Shown here: positions 1 through 9,327 of the stretch, one piece after another | Layout: each line of letters opens with the position of its first letter | Position numbering within the stretch: the first letter of the stretch is position 1 | Source: an uncultured Aquimarina sp. | GTDB lineage: Bacteria; Bacteroidota; Bacteroidia; Flavobacteriales; Flavobacteriaceae | Length of the DNA stretch: 64,000 nt | Direction of reading: 5' to 3' | NCBI GenBank assembly: GCA_947496705.1 | Contig: CANMDW010000003.1 | Span: 217,622 to 281,621 of the forward strand | Notes under the pieces: model-generated | The model's database searches: none | The model's input: only the letters and a program-made list of their open reading frames with translations | What the model was told of the DNA's origin: nothing | Position numbers and translations under genes: made by a program

Positions 1-3000
1 AGCCATTTTCTCATCGGGTTGAGGGAAAGACAGGTTTTGTTGCGTTTCGCCAATGACTCTAAATCCTTTATTTGGTTTCAGGGTAACTTGTACATTTTTT
101 ACTTTATTTTCCATAGCAAAAACGGTCACGGGAATGGTTACTTTTTCTCCCGGAGTGATCTTTCGGGGAATCGAAGTAAGCACCATCAACGGTTTACGCA
201 CGGGAGTGGTTTTATCGGCACTACCGTAGGCTGCTTTAGTAGCATCTGAAGCCACAATCATGGTACGTACAGACCCTACATATTTTGGAATTTTGATTTG
301 ATGCGAACGGGTTTCTCCTTTTTTAAGCTCAAAAGGTCCTTTGAAAACTACCATGGGTTTAAAACGATTGGCTTTTTTGGATTTGCTCCCTCCGGCTTCG
401 GCATCACCACCAATACTGAACACCTGATTGATACTTCCGCCGTAGGCGCCAATCACATCATCATACACATCCCAGGTTTTTACGCCCAACGCTTCACGGG
501 CATAGAAGCTATTCCACGGGTTTGGTGTTTTAAATCGCGTAAGATCCAGTAACCCTTCATCGACAATAGCAATAGAATAGGTCATGGGCTTGCCTTTGGT
601 TTCACCAACTTTTAAGGTGATCGTTTCTTCAGGTCTTAGCACATCGGGCATGGTGAGTTTTGGTTGTACCTTGGTATTTGGATCTTCGACCGAGATCGGT
701 ACGACGCCATATAATCGTATCGGCAGATCATTGGCAGTCGAAGCGTGCGGTTGCAACAGCGTAATATGGATATACACATTGGGTGTGTAGAGTTCTTCGA
801 TCGGTAATTCGAACTTGGTTTCTCCTTTTTGCGGGGTTACCCACTGTGATGACAATACTTCTGTTCCGTTTTCTACGGTTACCAAAGCTCTTCCGCTTTC
901 GCTGGAAGGGAACGTTACCGTCGCCTTCTCACCTACAGTATAGGTATTCTTATCGGTAGAGAACAATAACATGGTAGCCGCAGAAGGATCATTTTTACGG
1001 GATTTCCCTGCCCAGCCCGGCCAATCGATGTACATCGTTTTTCCGGTGGCATGACCTCCATTTGGATCTACAACCCGCACCAGATATCTTCCCCATTCGG
1101 GATATTTAAGTTCAAAATTGAAGTTTGCTTTACCGCTACTATTTGTTGTTACCTTGGTTTTGAATACCTCATCCCGATACGATCCCCGGTTATAGGATGA
1201 TAAATTGTCTTCTGAAGTATCCCACCACCATCTCCAGTTTACCTTGTATACATGTACTTCGAGATCTTTAACCGACTTTGGGTTTCCTTTTTGGTCTACA
1301 GAGACTACTTCAAAGTTATGCTTGGTATCGGTAAGCAGCATTCCGCGTGCTTTATCACCTTTTGGAACGTTGATCCCGATATAGGTGCTGTAAGGCGAAA
1401 AGTCTTTGGTGATCACATCGGTACTGAAATCCCCGCCATTTTCATATACTTTGGTGATAAAAGAAGCTTTCAACATCCCTGCAGCCTTATTTTCCAGCTT
1501 TGGCTTCAGGTTAAAACCTGCTTTTCCTTCTCCAGAGATTCTTCCCTGAAACACTTCTTGTTCTTCGGTGCCAAACCTGCGGGTAGGATCATCAAAAATA
1601 TATCCCGGGAAGGTCTTAAAACTGGTTTGCCCCGGGTTAAACCGAACATTGATATCGGCTTGCAGATTTTTTGCTACTGCACCATGCAACCATAACACTT
1701 CCAGATTACCACGAATGTTTGCATCTACTCCCAGAACTTCATTTTCAAAGGTGGTTTTAATCTTCAGGCGGTTGGGTTTTATGGTTTCGATCTTGAGGGT
1801 TTTGCTAAAACTGGCCCCTCCTACATTCACTTTGGCTTGCCAGTTTCCGGTGGGGGCTTCATCTGAAGTATTCACCACAAATTTGTAGAAATTGCTGGTT
1901 CCTTCGGTCTTGGTTTCCTGGTAGGCTACTTTTCCGTAAGGGTCTTTCAATTCAAACTTCACAGGATGCCCTTTTGGCAATTTATTGGCATTATCATTCA
2001 GCATAAAAGACAAAAACAAGCTATCTCCGGGTCTCCATACACCTCTCTCGCCATAAATAAAGCCTTTGATACCTTTCTGCAATCGTACTCCCGAAACATC
2101 AAATTTACTTACCGATAATGCATTACCATCATTTAGCTTTACATAGGTTTGCTGTTTTCCGGATTCGGCAATGGCAAAATACGCCGGGCGATCGGCATCA
2201 AAGCCGGTCATTCCCTCGGCATCGGTGGTGGCCACTCCCATTTCTTGTTGCTGGAAGTTGTAGAAAGTAACTTTGGTATTTGGTACAGGAGCAGTCGTTA
2301 CAATATCATTAACCGTAACTATATAGGAATGGTTGAGTCCTTTTTTGACTACTATCCCCAAGTTGGAAGCCAGTATATTGGCACTGATTTTTTTATCTCT
2401 GAAGTATGAATTACTACACGGGTTTTCTCTTTCCTGCCAATTATAGTCATAGTAGTCGTCATAATAATATTGAGAACTATCCCAAAAACTGGATTCTTCT
2501 TCTTCATCGTAGTTATCTGCTAATTCATCAATCGGAATATTATCGGCAGATTCTCCTTCACATTTATACAACGAGTAGGCCTTGCGATAATTGAGCTCTA
2601 CCCTGTAGATCGCTCCGGGATCTGGTGAGATGAGCTCTTTTAAATCGACGGCAAAAGCATTCCATTTGCTTAGATTGAGTGAGCCATTCTCCTGAAGATT
2701 AATTAACTTTTTGGCAATGGGTCGGGCAACACTTCTCAAGTTACTGGAGCCGTCCAAATTGTTGCTTTGTAAAAACTGAAGTACGTTATTTTCGAATACT
2801 TTAACTACCTGCACTTCGATAGCCCGAAGGTTGATTGCTTCAAAATTAAATTTCAAATTATCTGAAGTTGGTAAAATTACCCCACTTTGCAATAGCCGGA
2901 TTTCGGGATTGGGTTGTTGAAAGGATACATTCTCGCTATAGGTATTCTTCAATTTATAATTATCTGTACTTCGAATTCCTTCAAAAACAGTTACTTCCAG

Positions 3001-3915
3001 GGTTCCTTTGAGCTCAGCTTTGGGGTAGGCTTTCAGTACATTTCCGTTTACGGTATATTTTAAATTCGATACTCCGGCGATCGTTACCAGGCCGTTAAAA
3101 TTTTGATTTTTCTTCAACGGATCTGAAAAGTTGATCTCTACATATTGATTATCGGCATTGGCTACCGAAATACTCATTACAGAGAAATTGTTCTTTCCGG
3201 GGATGGGTAATACCCCTTCACCTTCTGTATCAATATTAAAAGCTTTACCAGACCATTTGATTTCAATTTCAGAATCATCATCAAAACGTTGAATGCTATC
3301 AATTCTAAAACTAAACTGACGGCTTTTTTCGATAGAACTACCAAATTTTACCGAGACTTTTTTGCCTTTCTGCGTAGCAGTCACTAATTTTTTTGCAATC
3401 TCAAATTTCATCTGGTCACTAGATGTCAACGTTCCATCAATATACTGCCAATCTTTGCTGTAGGATTGTAAATTATCGGTGGTTACCGAAAATTGTTGTT
3501 TGAGTGTTTTCACGCTAAAGACAAATTCTCCATCCAGGTCATCTTTCAAATCTTTTACCAAATCTTCGAGATCCAGCGTAAAAGTATATGCGGTATCCTC
3601 ATCAAATCCTTCTTCGGGTTGAAAAGAAATGGTGCGATTGTTTACAGCAATGACTTTTCCTTTTACTCTTGGAGAAACGGTAAGCAGGTTTTTTGATAAC
3701 TCCTGATTGTCATCCCAGCCATCTACCGGTGTTTGCAGGACTACATACACATTATCCAGCACTGAAATCACTCCTGAAGATACATCAGAGATATATTCCT
3801 GGTATGTATTTAATGCTGAGGCATTTTCCTTGGCTATGGATTGAGCGTCTTTTTTCTTACAAGAAAAAATAACTGCCACAAAAAGTATCGGACAGAGGAT
3901 TCTGGATAATTGCAT
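1..3915 (-). CDS. Bacterial alpha-2-macroglobulin family lipoprotein (3' part lies beyond the left window edge)
   Basis: Not in the ORF track; translated by hand in segments from ATG at 3915: MQLSRILCPILFVAVIFSCKKK (lipobox). Contains the MG2-domain signature GFIYGERGVWRPGD near 2030-2075 and MYIDWPGWAG near 1015-1040. Confidence 0.9.
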   Translation of the reverse strand, partial: MQLSRILCPILFVAVIFSCKKKDAQSIAKENASALNTYQEYISDVSSGVISVLDNVYVVLQTPVDGWDDNQELSKNLLTVSPRVKGKVIAVNNRTISFQPEEGFDEDTAYTFTLDLEDLVKDLKDDLDGEFVFSVKTLKQQFSVTTDNLQSYSKDWQYIDGTLTSSDQMKFEIAKKLVTATQKGKKVSVKFGSSIEKSRQFSFRIDSIQRFDDDSEIEIKWSGKAFNIDTEGEGVLPIPGKNNFSVMSISVANADNQYVEINFSDPLKKNQNFNGLVTIAGVSNLKYTVNGNVLKAYPKAELKGTLEVTVFEGIRSTDNYKLKNTYSENVSFQQPNPEIRLLQSGVILPTSDNLKFNFEAINLRAIEVQVVKVFENNVLQFLQSNNLDGSSNLRSVARPIAKKLINLQENGSLNLSKWNAFAVDLKELISPDPGAIYRVELNYRKAYSLYKCEGESADNIPIDELADNYDEEEESSFWDSSQYYYDDYYDYNWQERENPCSNSYFRDKKISANILASNLGIVVKKGLNHSYIVTVNDIVTTAPVPNTKVTFYNFQQQEMGVATTDAEGMTGFDADRPAYFAIAESGKQQTYVKLNDGNALSVSKFDVSGVRLQKGIKGFIYGERGVWRPGDSLFLSFMLNDNANKLPKGHPVKFELKDPYGKVAYQETKTEGTSNFYKFVVNTSDEAPTGNWQAKVNVGGASFSKTLKIETIKPNRLKIKTTFENEVLGVDANIRGNLEVLWLHGAVAKNLQADINVRFNPGQTSFKTFPGYIFDDPTRRFGTEEQEVFQGRISGEGKAGFNLKPKLENKAAGMLKASFITKVYENGGDFSTDVITKDFSPYSTYIGINVPKGDKARGMLLTDTKHNFEVVSVDQKGNPKSVKDLEVHVYKVNWRWWWDTSEDNLSSYNRGSYRDEVFKTKVTTNSSGKANFNFELKYPEWGRYLVRVVDPNGGHATGKTMYIDWPGWAGKSRKNDPSAATMLLFSTDKNTYTVGEKATVTFPSSESGRALVTVENGTEVLSSQWVTPQKGETKFELPIEELYTPNVYIHITLLQPHASTANDLPIRLYGVVPISVEDPNTKVQPKLTMPDVLRPEETITLKVGETKGKPMTYSIAIVDEGLLDLTRFKTPNPWNSFYAREALGVKTWDVYDDVIGAYGGSINQVFSIGGDAEAGGSKSKKANRFKPMVVFKGPFELKKGETRSHQIKIPKYVGSVRTMIVASDATKAAYGSADKTTPVRKPLMVLTSIPRKITPGEKVTIPVTVFAMENKVKNVQVTLKPNKGFRVIGETQQNLSFPQPDEKMA

Positions 3916-3963
3916 AAAAGATTGATTTATTTAGTTGACCTTAAATGTAAGATTTTTTTTAAA

Positions 3964-4455
3964 AGCCCCCTAGCCCTAAAAGGGCAATGTCATTTAGTTA
4001 AGAGTTTTTTTTGATTTTTACCTCACCTCTGCCTGTCTACTGCCAGGCCGGTGGTCACAGGGCAGATCCGGTCAGGTGGGCCAGTCTTCTCCTAAAGGAT
4101 AGGGAGTATGTAAAAGGTTTCTTAACTAAAAGACATTATCCAAAAGAGGAAATTCTATGTTTGAGGATAATTTAATCGGTAGAAGTCTGCCGATCCAGGC
4201 AGGCTATGCCTGGGGTGTTGTATGTTTTTTAAAGGAGACCCAGAACAATTGTATGTCCTGATTATTGACTCCTGCGGTCCCGAACCCGATAGACGGGGAT
4301 GATCTTGTTTCGATACCACTATGGCTGCTCTGCCTTAAGGTAGTTTATTTTAAAACTCCTTTGATCATTAATTTAGTCAAAGGAGTTTTATATTTCCCCT
4401 TTGGGCCTGCTTGTCTACCTGTGGTAGATAAATCGGCCACAGGGGCTAAAGGGCT
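3964..4455. repeat. Cluster of REP-like GC-rich palindromes, several interrupted by a second hairpin element
   Basis: gccccctagccctaaaagggc at 3964; cctcacct...cctaaaggatagggag (4021-4087) and cccctttggg...ggggctaaagggc (4397-4454) carry internal inserts; gtctgccgatccaggcaggc near 4186. The last copy supplies the iaaA stop codon. Confidence 0.65.
4351..4390. terminator. 14-bp perfect stem-loop downstream of iaaA (terminator-like)
   Basis: taaaactcctttga (4351-4364) pairs with tcaaaggagtttta (4377-4390); 12-nt loop. Confidence 0.5.
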
Positions 4456-5519
4456 TCTTTATAAATCCCAACCGTAAGTTTTCCGCTGGCATTCATAGTG
4501 GCACGGTACATCCCTGCAGTGTTAAATTCCATGGCAACATTCCCTTCATGATCAATAGCAATAATCCCGCCGGTACCACCAAGCTCGGTTAGTTTTTTCT
4601 GAATTACTATGCTGGCAGCTTCCTGTAACGAAAGTTCTTTATACTCCATCAAAGCAGAAATATCATGAGCTACCATAGCCCGAATAAAATATTCACCCCA
4701 ACCGGTACTCGATACAGCACAGGTGTTGTTGTTGGCATAGGTACCTGCCCCGATAATAGGAGAATCGCCTATGCGGTTCCATTTTTTGTTGGTCATTCCA
4801 CCGGTTGATGTTCCTGCCGCCAGGTTTCCGTTTTTGTCTAAAGCAGCACAGCCAACTGTACCAAACTTTGAATTTTTAATCATCGGGTCATAAAAAGAAG
4901 TAGCGCTTTTGGCATCGGGATGATCGGGCTTTTCTTTAATTTTTTCCAAAGCCTTGAAGCGATCTTCGGTATAGAAATACTTTGGGTCTACGATCTCCAG
5001 CTTTCTTTCTTCTGCAAATTGTTCGGCTCCCTTACCTGAAAGCATCACATGGGGAGAATTCAGCATCACTTCGCGAGCCAGATTGATCGGGTTTTTTATG
5101 GTTCTTACCCCTGCCACGGCACCGGCGTTGAGTGTTTTTCCATCCATAATAGAAGCATCTAGTTCGTTAATGCCTTCGTTAGTAAAAACGGCACCTTTTC
5201 CTGCATTGAATAAGGGAGAATCTTCAAGAATATTAATGGTTTTTTCAACGGCTTCCATACTGGTTCCTCCATTTTTAAGAATGGTATGCCCAACTTTAAT
5301 GGCTTCTTCCAGTTTGGCTTTGTATGCTGCTTCTTTTTCGGGGGTCATATTCTCTTTCAAAATTGTTCCGGCACCTCCGTGAATTACAATCCCAAAGCTA
5401 TCTCCCGTTTTCTGAACTTCCTCTTTTGTATCAACGATGGATGCCTCTGCTGTTTCTTTGAGTTGTTCTTTGCATGCCAGAAACAAAACAAGGCTTAAAA
5501 AGATAAGTATTCTTTGCAT
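4446..5519 (-). CDS. iaaA: Isoaspartyl peptidase / L-asparaginase (Ntn hydrolase), lipoprotein
   Basis: IVIHGGAG, FNAGKGAV, GTVGC (Thr nucleophile), GTSTGG, RIGDSP, STGWGE; N-terminal lipobox LAC. Confidence 0.93.
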   Translation of the reverse strand: MQRILIFLSLVLFLACKEQLKETAEASIVDTKEEVQKTGDSFGIVIHGGAGTILKENMTPEKEAAYKAKLEEAIKVGHTILKNGGTSMEAVEKTINILEDSPLFNAGKGAVFTNEGINELDASIMDGKTLNAGAVAGVRTIKNPINLAREVMLNSPHVMLSGKGAEQFAEERKLEIVDPKYFYTEDRFKALEKIKEKPDHPDAKSATSFYDPMIKNSKFGTVGCAALDKNGNLAAGTSTGGMTNKKWNRIGDSPIIGAGTYANNNTCAVSSTGWGEYFIRAMVAHDISALMEYKELSLQEAASIVIQKKLTELGGTGGIIAIDHEGNVAMEFNTAGMYRATMNASGKLTVGIYKEAL

Positions 5520-5521
5520 AA

Positions 5522-6508
5522 TTAAGATGATTTGTGTTTACAATAGTCTACAAGAGCAATCCTTCCTTGAAAGAATCTGAAGGTTAAATGTATGATATTT
5601 CCCCCATTATCTTCTAAAGATATAGATTTATTTAACTCAAAGTTGTAGGGTTGATGCTTCCCTCCTTCTATCGCAATATTATCTGCATACAGACTGAATC
5701 CTTTATTTGGTTTTAAAACAGGTTCTATTTTACCTTTTACCCCGGGAATATCGCCTGATTTTTTAATAATCGCAGAACCTGAACGAGCTGTTTTCTCAAT
5801 GGTCACCTCGATATCTTCCTTTGGGTTGATATCCTTGAACAATACTGCCGGATATTCTGGATGGGCAATCAATACAGTATACAGTTTACGTGTACGAATA
5901 ATAAAATGTGCTACCCCATTCTCATCAGAAAACCCCTCGAGATAGGTTGAGTTGTTGGCTATCAATACAATTTTAGCATTTTTTATTAATTCCTGGCTTT
6001 CATTTACTACTTTGAGAGTAAAAATGAAAGGTTTTGGATTGATCAAAGTAGTTATCTTTGACCATCTGCTCTTTAAAAAGGTTTGATCGCTTTTTAGTTT
6101 TTTTTCGATCAAAACGGCCAATTCTTCCGGAGTTTTATCGTTTAGATTGATATATCCAACGGTTTTAAGAATTCCCGGGATCTCGGTATCATCAAACCTT
6201 GCTGGTAAAATATATTCCCGACTTTCCTGATACGCTCGTGCCTGCATTGAAACTCTTTCATGATTGGTCCATAATTTCTGATTGTAAAAATTGGATATAA
6301 ACAACACGGTATATCTGGCCCTATCCTGATAAATCTCAGATAAATATTCATATAGGTTTTTGCCCCATAAATTTGCTTCTTCAAACACATCATAGAACAC
6401 CTTAATTCCCTTCATTTTCAAGCTATTTGCAACTTCCTCTACATAAGCTCGGTTCTCTCCCGCAAAGGAAAGCGCTACATCATACTCATAACTATTATTC
6501 TTCATCAC
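5522..6508 (-). CDS. TIR-domain protein (TirS/BtpA-like, probable NADase) with a C-terminal beta-rich domain
   Basis: YDVALSFAGENR...VFYD...LWGK...FIS..Y..K.WTNHER (catalytic Glu position)...YILPARFDD. Start is GTG 6508 or, more likely, ATG 6505. Confidence 0.88.
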   Translation of the reverse strand: MMKNNSYEYDVALSFAGENRAYVEEVANSLKMKGIKVFYDVFEEANLWGKNLYEYLSEIYQDRARYTVLFISNFYNQKLWTNHERVSMQARAYQESREYILPARFDDTEIPGILKTVGYINLNDKTPEELAVLIEKKLKSDQTFLKSRWSKITTLINPKPFIFTLKVVNESQELIKNAKIVLIANNSTYLEGFSDENGVAHFIIRTRKLYTVLIAHPEYPAVLFKDINPKEDIEVTIEKTARSGSAIIKKSGDIPGVKGKIEPVLKPNKGFSLYADNIAIEGGKHQPYNFELNKSISLEDNGGNIIHLTFRFFQGRIALVDYCKHKSS

Positions 6509-6585
6509 TGACCTATTTTTTTTAACCTAAAACTGACTTGATCTTATACCAAAAACCTTCTTATACAAAATTACCTTCTTTATTT

Positions 6586-6617
6586 GGAATATTTCCAATT
6601 TGACTAGGAAAAATTCC
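6586..6617. promoter_or_regulatory. Two GGA-N5-TCC boxes, candidate Bacteroidota non-canonical LexA operators, upstream of the TIR gene
   Basis: GGAATATTTCC 6586-6596 and GGAAAAATTCC 6607-6617, starts 21 bp apart; same motif and spacing as at 51178/51199. Confidence 0.55.
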
Positions 6618-6737
6618 AACAAAACTTTTACTTTAAAACCGTAATTTCATGTACAAAAATCACTTCAATTAGTACTTGAAAAACATCTATAACAGCTTCC
6701 ATTAAAGAGTTATATCGTTTATCATTTGAACTTAGTA

Positions 6738-6852
6738 TAAGAGTATGTTTAAAAACCCTACTTCCTGAAAACTACTATTTTGAGAACTGTGATTTTATTT
6801 CAAATGCTGAAAATATGCTGAAATGAAGTTTTTTACATAGAGCATACTTTTA
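6738..6852. mobile_element. Possible MITE remnant
   Basis: Left end taagagtatgtt; right end agcatactttta (6841-6852) matches its reverse complement at 10 of 12 positions; no ORF inside. Confidence 0.3.
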
Positions 6853-6913
6853 GGTTATTAATGAAGACAACCCTGAAAGAATATTTCTATGCGAATCCGA
6901 ATTTTTGAGGAAG

Positions 6914-8227
6914 CTATCGCATCACCCGTCCTCCTTTTTGAAATTCTCTTTGGGTTCCGTTTATGATATAGGATTGATAAATTGTCTTTTTACCAGCTTG
7001 TAGTGTACATAAACAGGCATATTGAACAATATTCATTATCTCGGCACCCGATAATTCATATCGCTGGGCTATTAGTCCCAAATCAACATCCTGATGTAGT
7101 CTGACCTTGGAAGGAAAAGCATTTTTCCAAAGGATAAGGCGTTCTGATACTTTAGGAAGCGGGAAATGGATAATAGATTGAAAACGTCTTACAAACGCTT
7201 CGTCAATATTGCTTTTAAAATTGGAAGCAAGAATAACCAGCCCCTTATAATTTTCTATTCTTTGCAGCAGGTAAGAGACTTCCTGATTGGCATATTTATC
7301 GTGTGCATCTCTCACATTGGTACGCTTGCCAAATAATGCATCGGCTTCGTCAAAAAAGAGGATATTTTCTGTTTTTTCGGCTTTGGCGAGCAGGTTTGCC
7401 AAATTTTTCTCTGTTTCGCCTATAAATTTTGATACGACCATCGAGAGATCTATTTTATAGACATCTTTACCAGTATATTTGCCAAGCAGGCTGGCTGTTA
7501 ATGTTTTTCCGGTTCCCGGAGGGCCATGAAATAATGCCCTATATCCGGGTTTCAGCTTTTTATACATTCCCCAATCATTAAGCAAGGTATTGCCATGGGT
7601 GATCCAGGTTTGCAATTCCTGAATTTGTTGATGGGTTTCATCACTAAGCACCAGATCATCCCATTTCATTTCTGTTTCAATGATTTGTGCGGGAAACTTC
7701 ATACTAAAAGCGGGTTTACTCACTTTCCCCAAAGCCAAAAGCTCGACATATTCCTGTGAAAACACAATTTTTCCACTCATTCTAGGTTCTCCTTCGGGAG
7801 CTTCTTCCAGCCAAAGGATTCGATGTTGTCCAAAAAAATGATCTGGGTTAAAAAACTCCTGAATTTCTTTCCTTTTCTCCAAATTATCTCCAGCCAGCAA
7901 AAACAAAGCAGTTTCGCCAGTAGGTAAAAAACCCCTGAAGTTTTTGCCTCTCACTCCTCCCAATTGTGGAAAATCACCGGTAGAAGACAATTTCTTTTGT
8001 ATGATCGTATCCAACAAGTTGCTATGTACATGAGGAGATAACGCAAGAAGCAGCACTATCTTTTCGGCGATACTCAACTCTTCTTCTATAAAAAACTCCG
8101 GAACAGATAGCTCCCAAGTATCGAATTCGGGTAATTCTGGTTCAACACTATTACTTTCTTTGTTGAAAAAGGTGTCTAAACGGTATTCTATTAATTCTTT
8201 AAGATATCGAAATTCATTGGTATTCAT
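6914..8227 (-). CDS. eCIS AAA+ ATPase (Afp15/Pvc15-like)
   Basis: Walker A GPPGTGKT, SKFIGETEKNL, Walker B LFFDEADALF, YANQEVSYLLQRIE, ASNFKSNIDEAFVRRF. Confidence 0.92.
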   Translation of the reverse strand: MNTNEFRYLKELIEYRLDTFFNKESNSVEPELPEFDTWELSVPEFFIEEELSIAEKIVLLLALSPHVHSNLLDTIIQKKLSSTGDFPQLGGVRGKNFRGFLPTGETALFLLAGDNLEKRKEIQEFFNPDHFFGQHRILWLEEAPEGEPRMSGKIVFSQEYVELLALGKVSKPAFSMKFPAQIIETEMKWDDLVLSDETHQQIQELQTWITHGNTLLNDWGMYKKLKPGYRALFHGPPGTGKTLTASLLGKYTGKDVYKIDLSMVVSKFIGETEKNLANLLAKAEKTENILFFDEADALFGKRTNVRDAHDKYANQEVSYLLQRIENYKGLVILASNFKSNIDEAFVRRFQSIIHFPLPKVSERLILWKNAFPSKVRLHQDVDLGLIAQRYELSGAEIMNIVQYACLCTLQAGKKTIYQSYIINGTQREFQKGGRVMR

Positions 8228-8290
8228 ATAGTAATGAGTTTTTTATCGTAAACTGTACCCCCAAATATGCAATAGACTTTCTGTTTTTTA

Positions 8291-8611
8291 TTAATCAACA
8301 AATACATTGAAACTCAAATAAAAAATAAAAAAGGCAATGACCCCACAAATAGCTATTATCATATTTTGCCTGGATACTTTTACAAAAAGGGGAATTACCA
8401 TCGGCATAGCCAGGATCACTGCACATAGCATCTTATTCTTAACCAACATTTTATCGATCCATGTGCCAAATAAAAACCAATGATTTCCTGAATTAAAAGC
8501 ATAATGACAGATGAGTAACAACATGGTTATCACACAGAAGAAGCCTGTAATTAAAACACATATAGTTGCGAAAGACTTTGCTAGTTTTTCATGAGTTAAA
8601 ACCTTGGTCAT
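8291..8611 (-). CDS. Small membrane protein with about 3 TM segments (holin-like or immunity; function unknown)
   Basis: 106 aa with three hydrophobic stretches; ATGA overlap with the upstream gene. Confidence 0.6.
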   Translation of the reverse strand: MTKVLTHEKLAKSFATICVLITGFFCVITMLLLICHYAFNSGNHWFLFGTWIDKMLVKNKMLCAVILAMPMVIPLFVKVSRQNMIIAICGVIAFFIFYLSFNVFVD

Positions 8612-9327
8612 CCTTTTAATCTATCTGTTATTTCCTGCTTTACTTTTATGACTTGTTGTTTAAAGTATTCTAATGTGTTTGTCGTTAAATAGGACGCTAT
8701 TAAATCTAACTTTTGATCCGGGGTTTCTGCTTTTCTTATGTTCAACTCTAATCTGCTAAATTCGGCCTCATTTTTTTCAATTAGCTTTGTTATTTTGATT
8801 ATTTCTTCCTTGAGTTCATCACTACTTTCGATCGCTATTTTATAGTACTTCTTAATCTGTTCTAATTTTACTTTAAGTACATTCGTTTTGTCTGAAGGTA
8901 TGTTTTCGAATACTTCGGTATACATTGACAAGAGTTTTATCTCAAACAGTTTATCCTGAATTTTATCAAAACCATTTTCCAGTACTTCCATGGCTTCTTC
9001 TTGATTATTATTTGCCACGAGTGCATTGACCAGTCCCTGTATGATATTAAACCTTCCTATTTCATTACATTCATAATTTTCTGCAAGACGGTAGGTTTTA
9101 ATAGCATCGGCATACATTTTGTTTTCAAGATATACCATTCCTTTCCAACTGTATAATTCTCGCTCAAAGTCCTTTTCTTGAGGGGTTTCTTTTGCTTTAA
9201 GAAGAAAATCATCCAAAATGCTTATTGCCTGCTCTATTTCTCCCATAGCGGAATGCATTACTACCTGTGGCAATTTCTTTTCGTAAGCTATGTATACATC
9301 AGTTTTATTCATGCTTGTATTTAACAT
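8608..9327 (-). CDS. Helical/TPR-like protein, putative immunity protein for the 9321-10592 cargo
   Basis: TPR-like helices (YSWKGMVYLENKMYADAIKTY); start overlaps the cargo stop by 7 nt. Confidence 0.6.
   Translation of the reverse strand: MLNTSMNKTDVYIAYEKKLPQVVMHSAMGEIEQAISILDDFLLKAKETPQEKDFERELYSWKGMVYLENKMYADAIKTYRLAENYECNEIGRFNIIQGLVNALVANNNQEEAMEVLENGFDKIQDKLFEIKLLSMYTEVFENIPSDKTNVLKVKLEQIKKYYKIAIESSDELKEEIIKITKLIEKNEAEFSRLELNIRKAETPDQKLDLIASYLTTNTLEYFKQQVIKVKQEITDRLKG

Noticed and set aside
19-3696. Short plus-strand ORFs at the window start
   Set aside because: Shadows of the minus-strand alpha-2-macroglobulin gene; the same applies to the many short plus-strand ORFs opposite eCIS and housekeeping genes.
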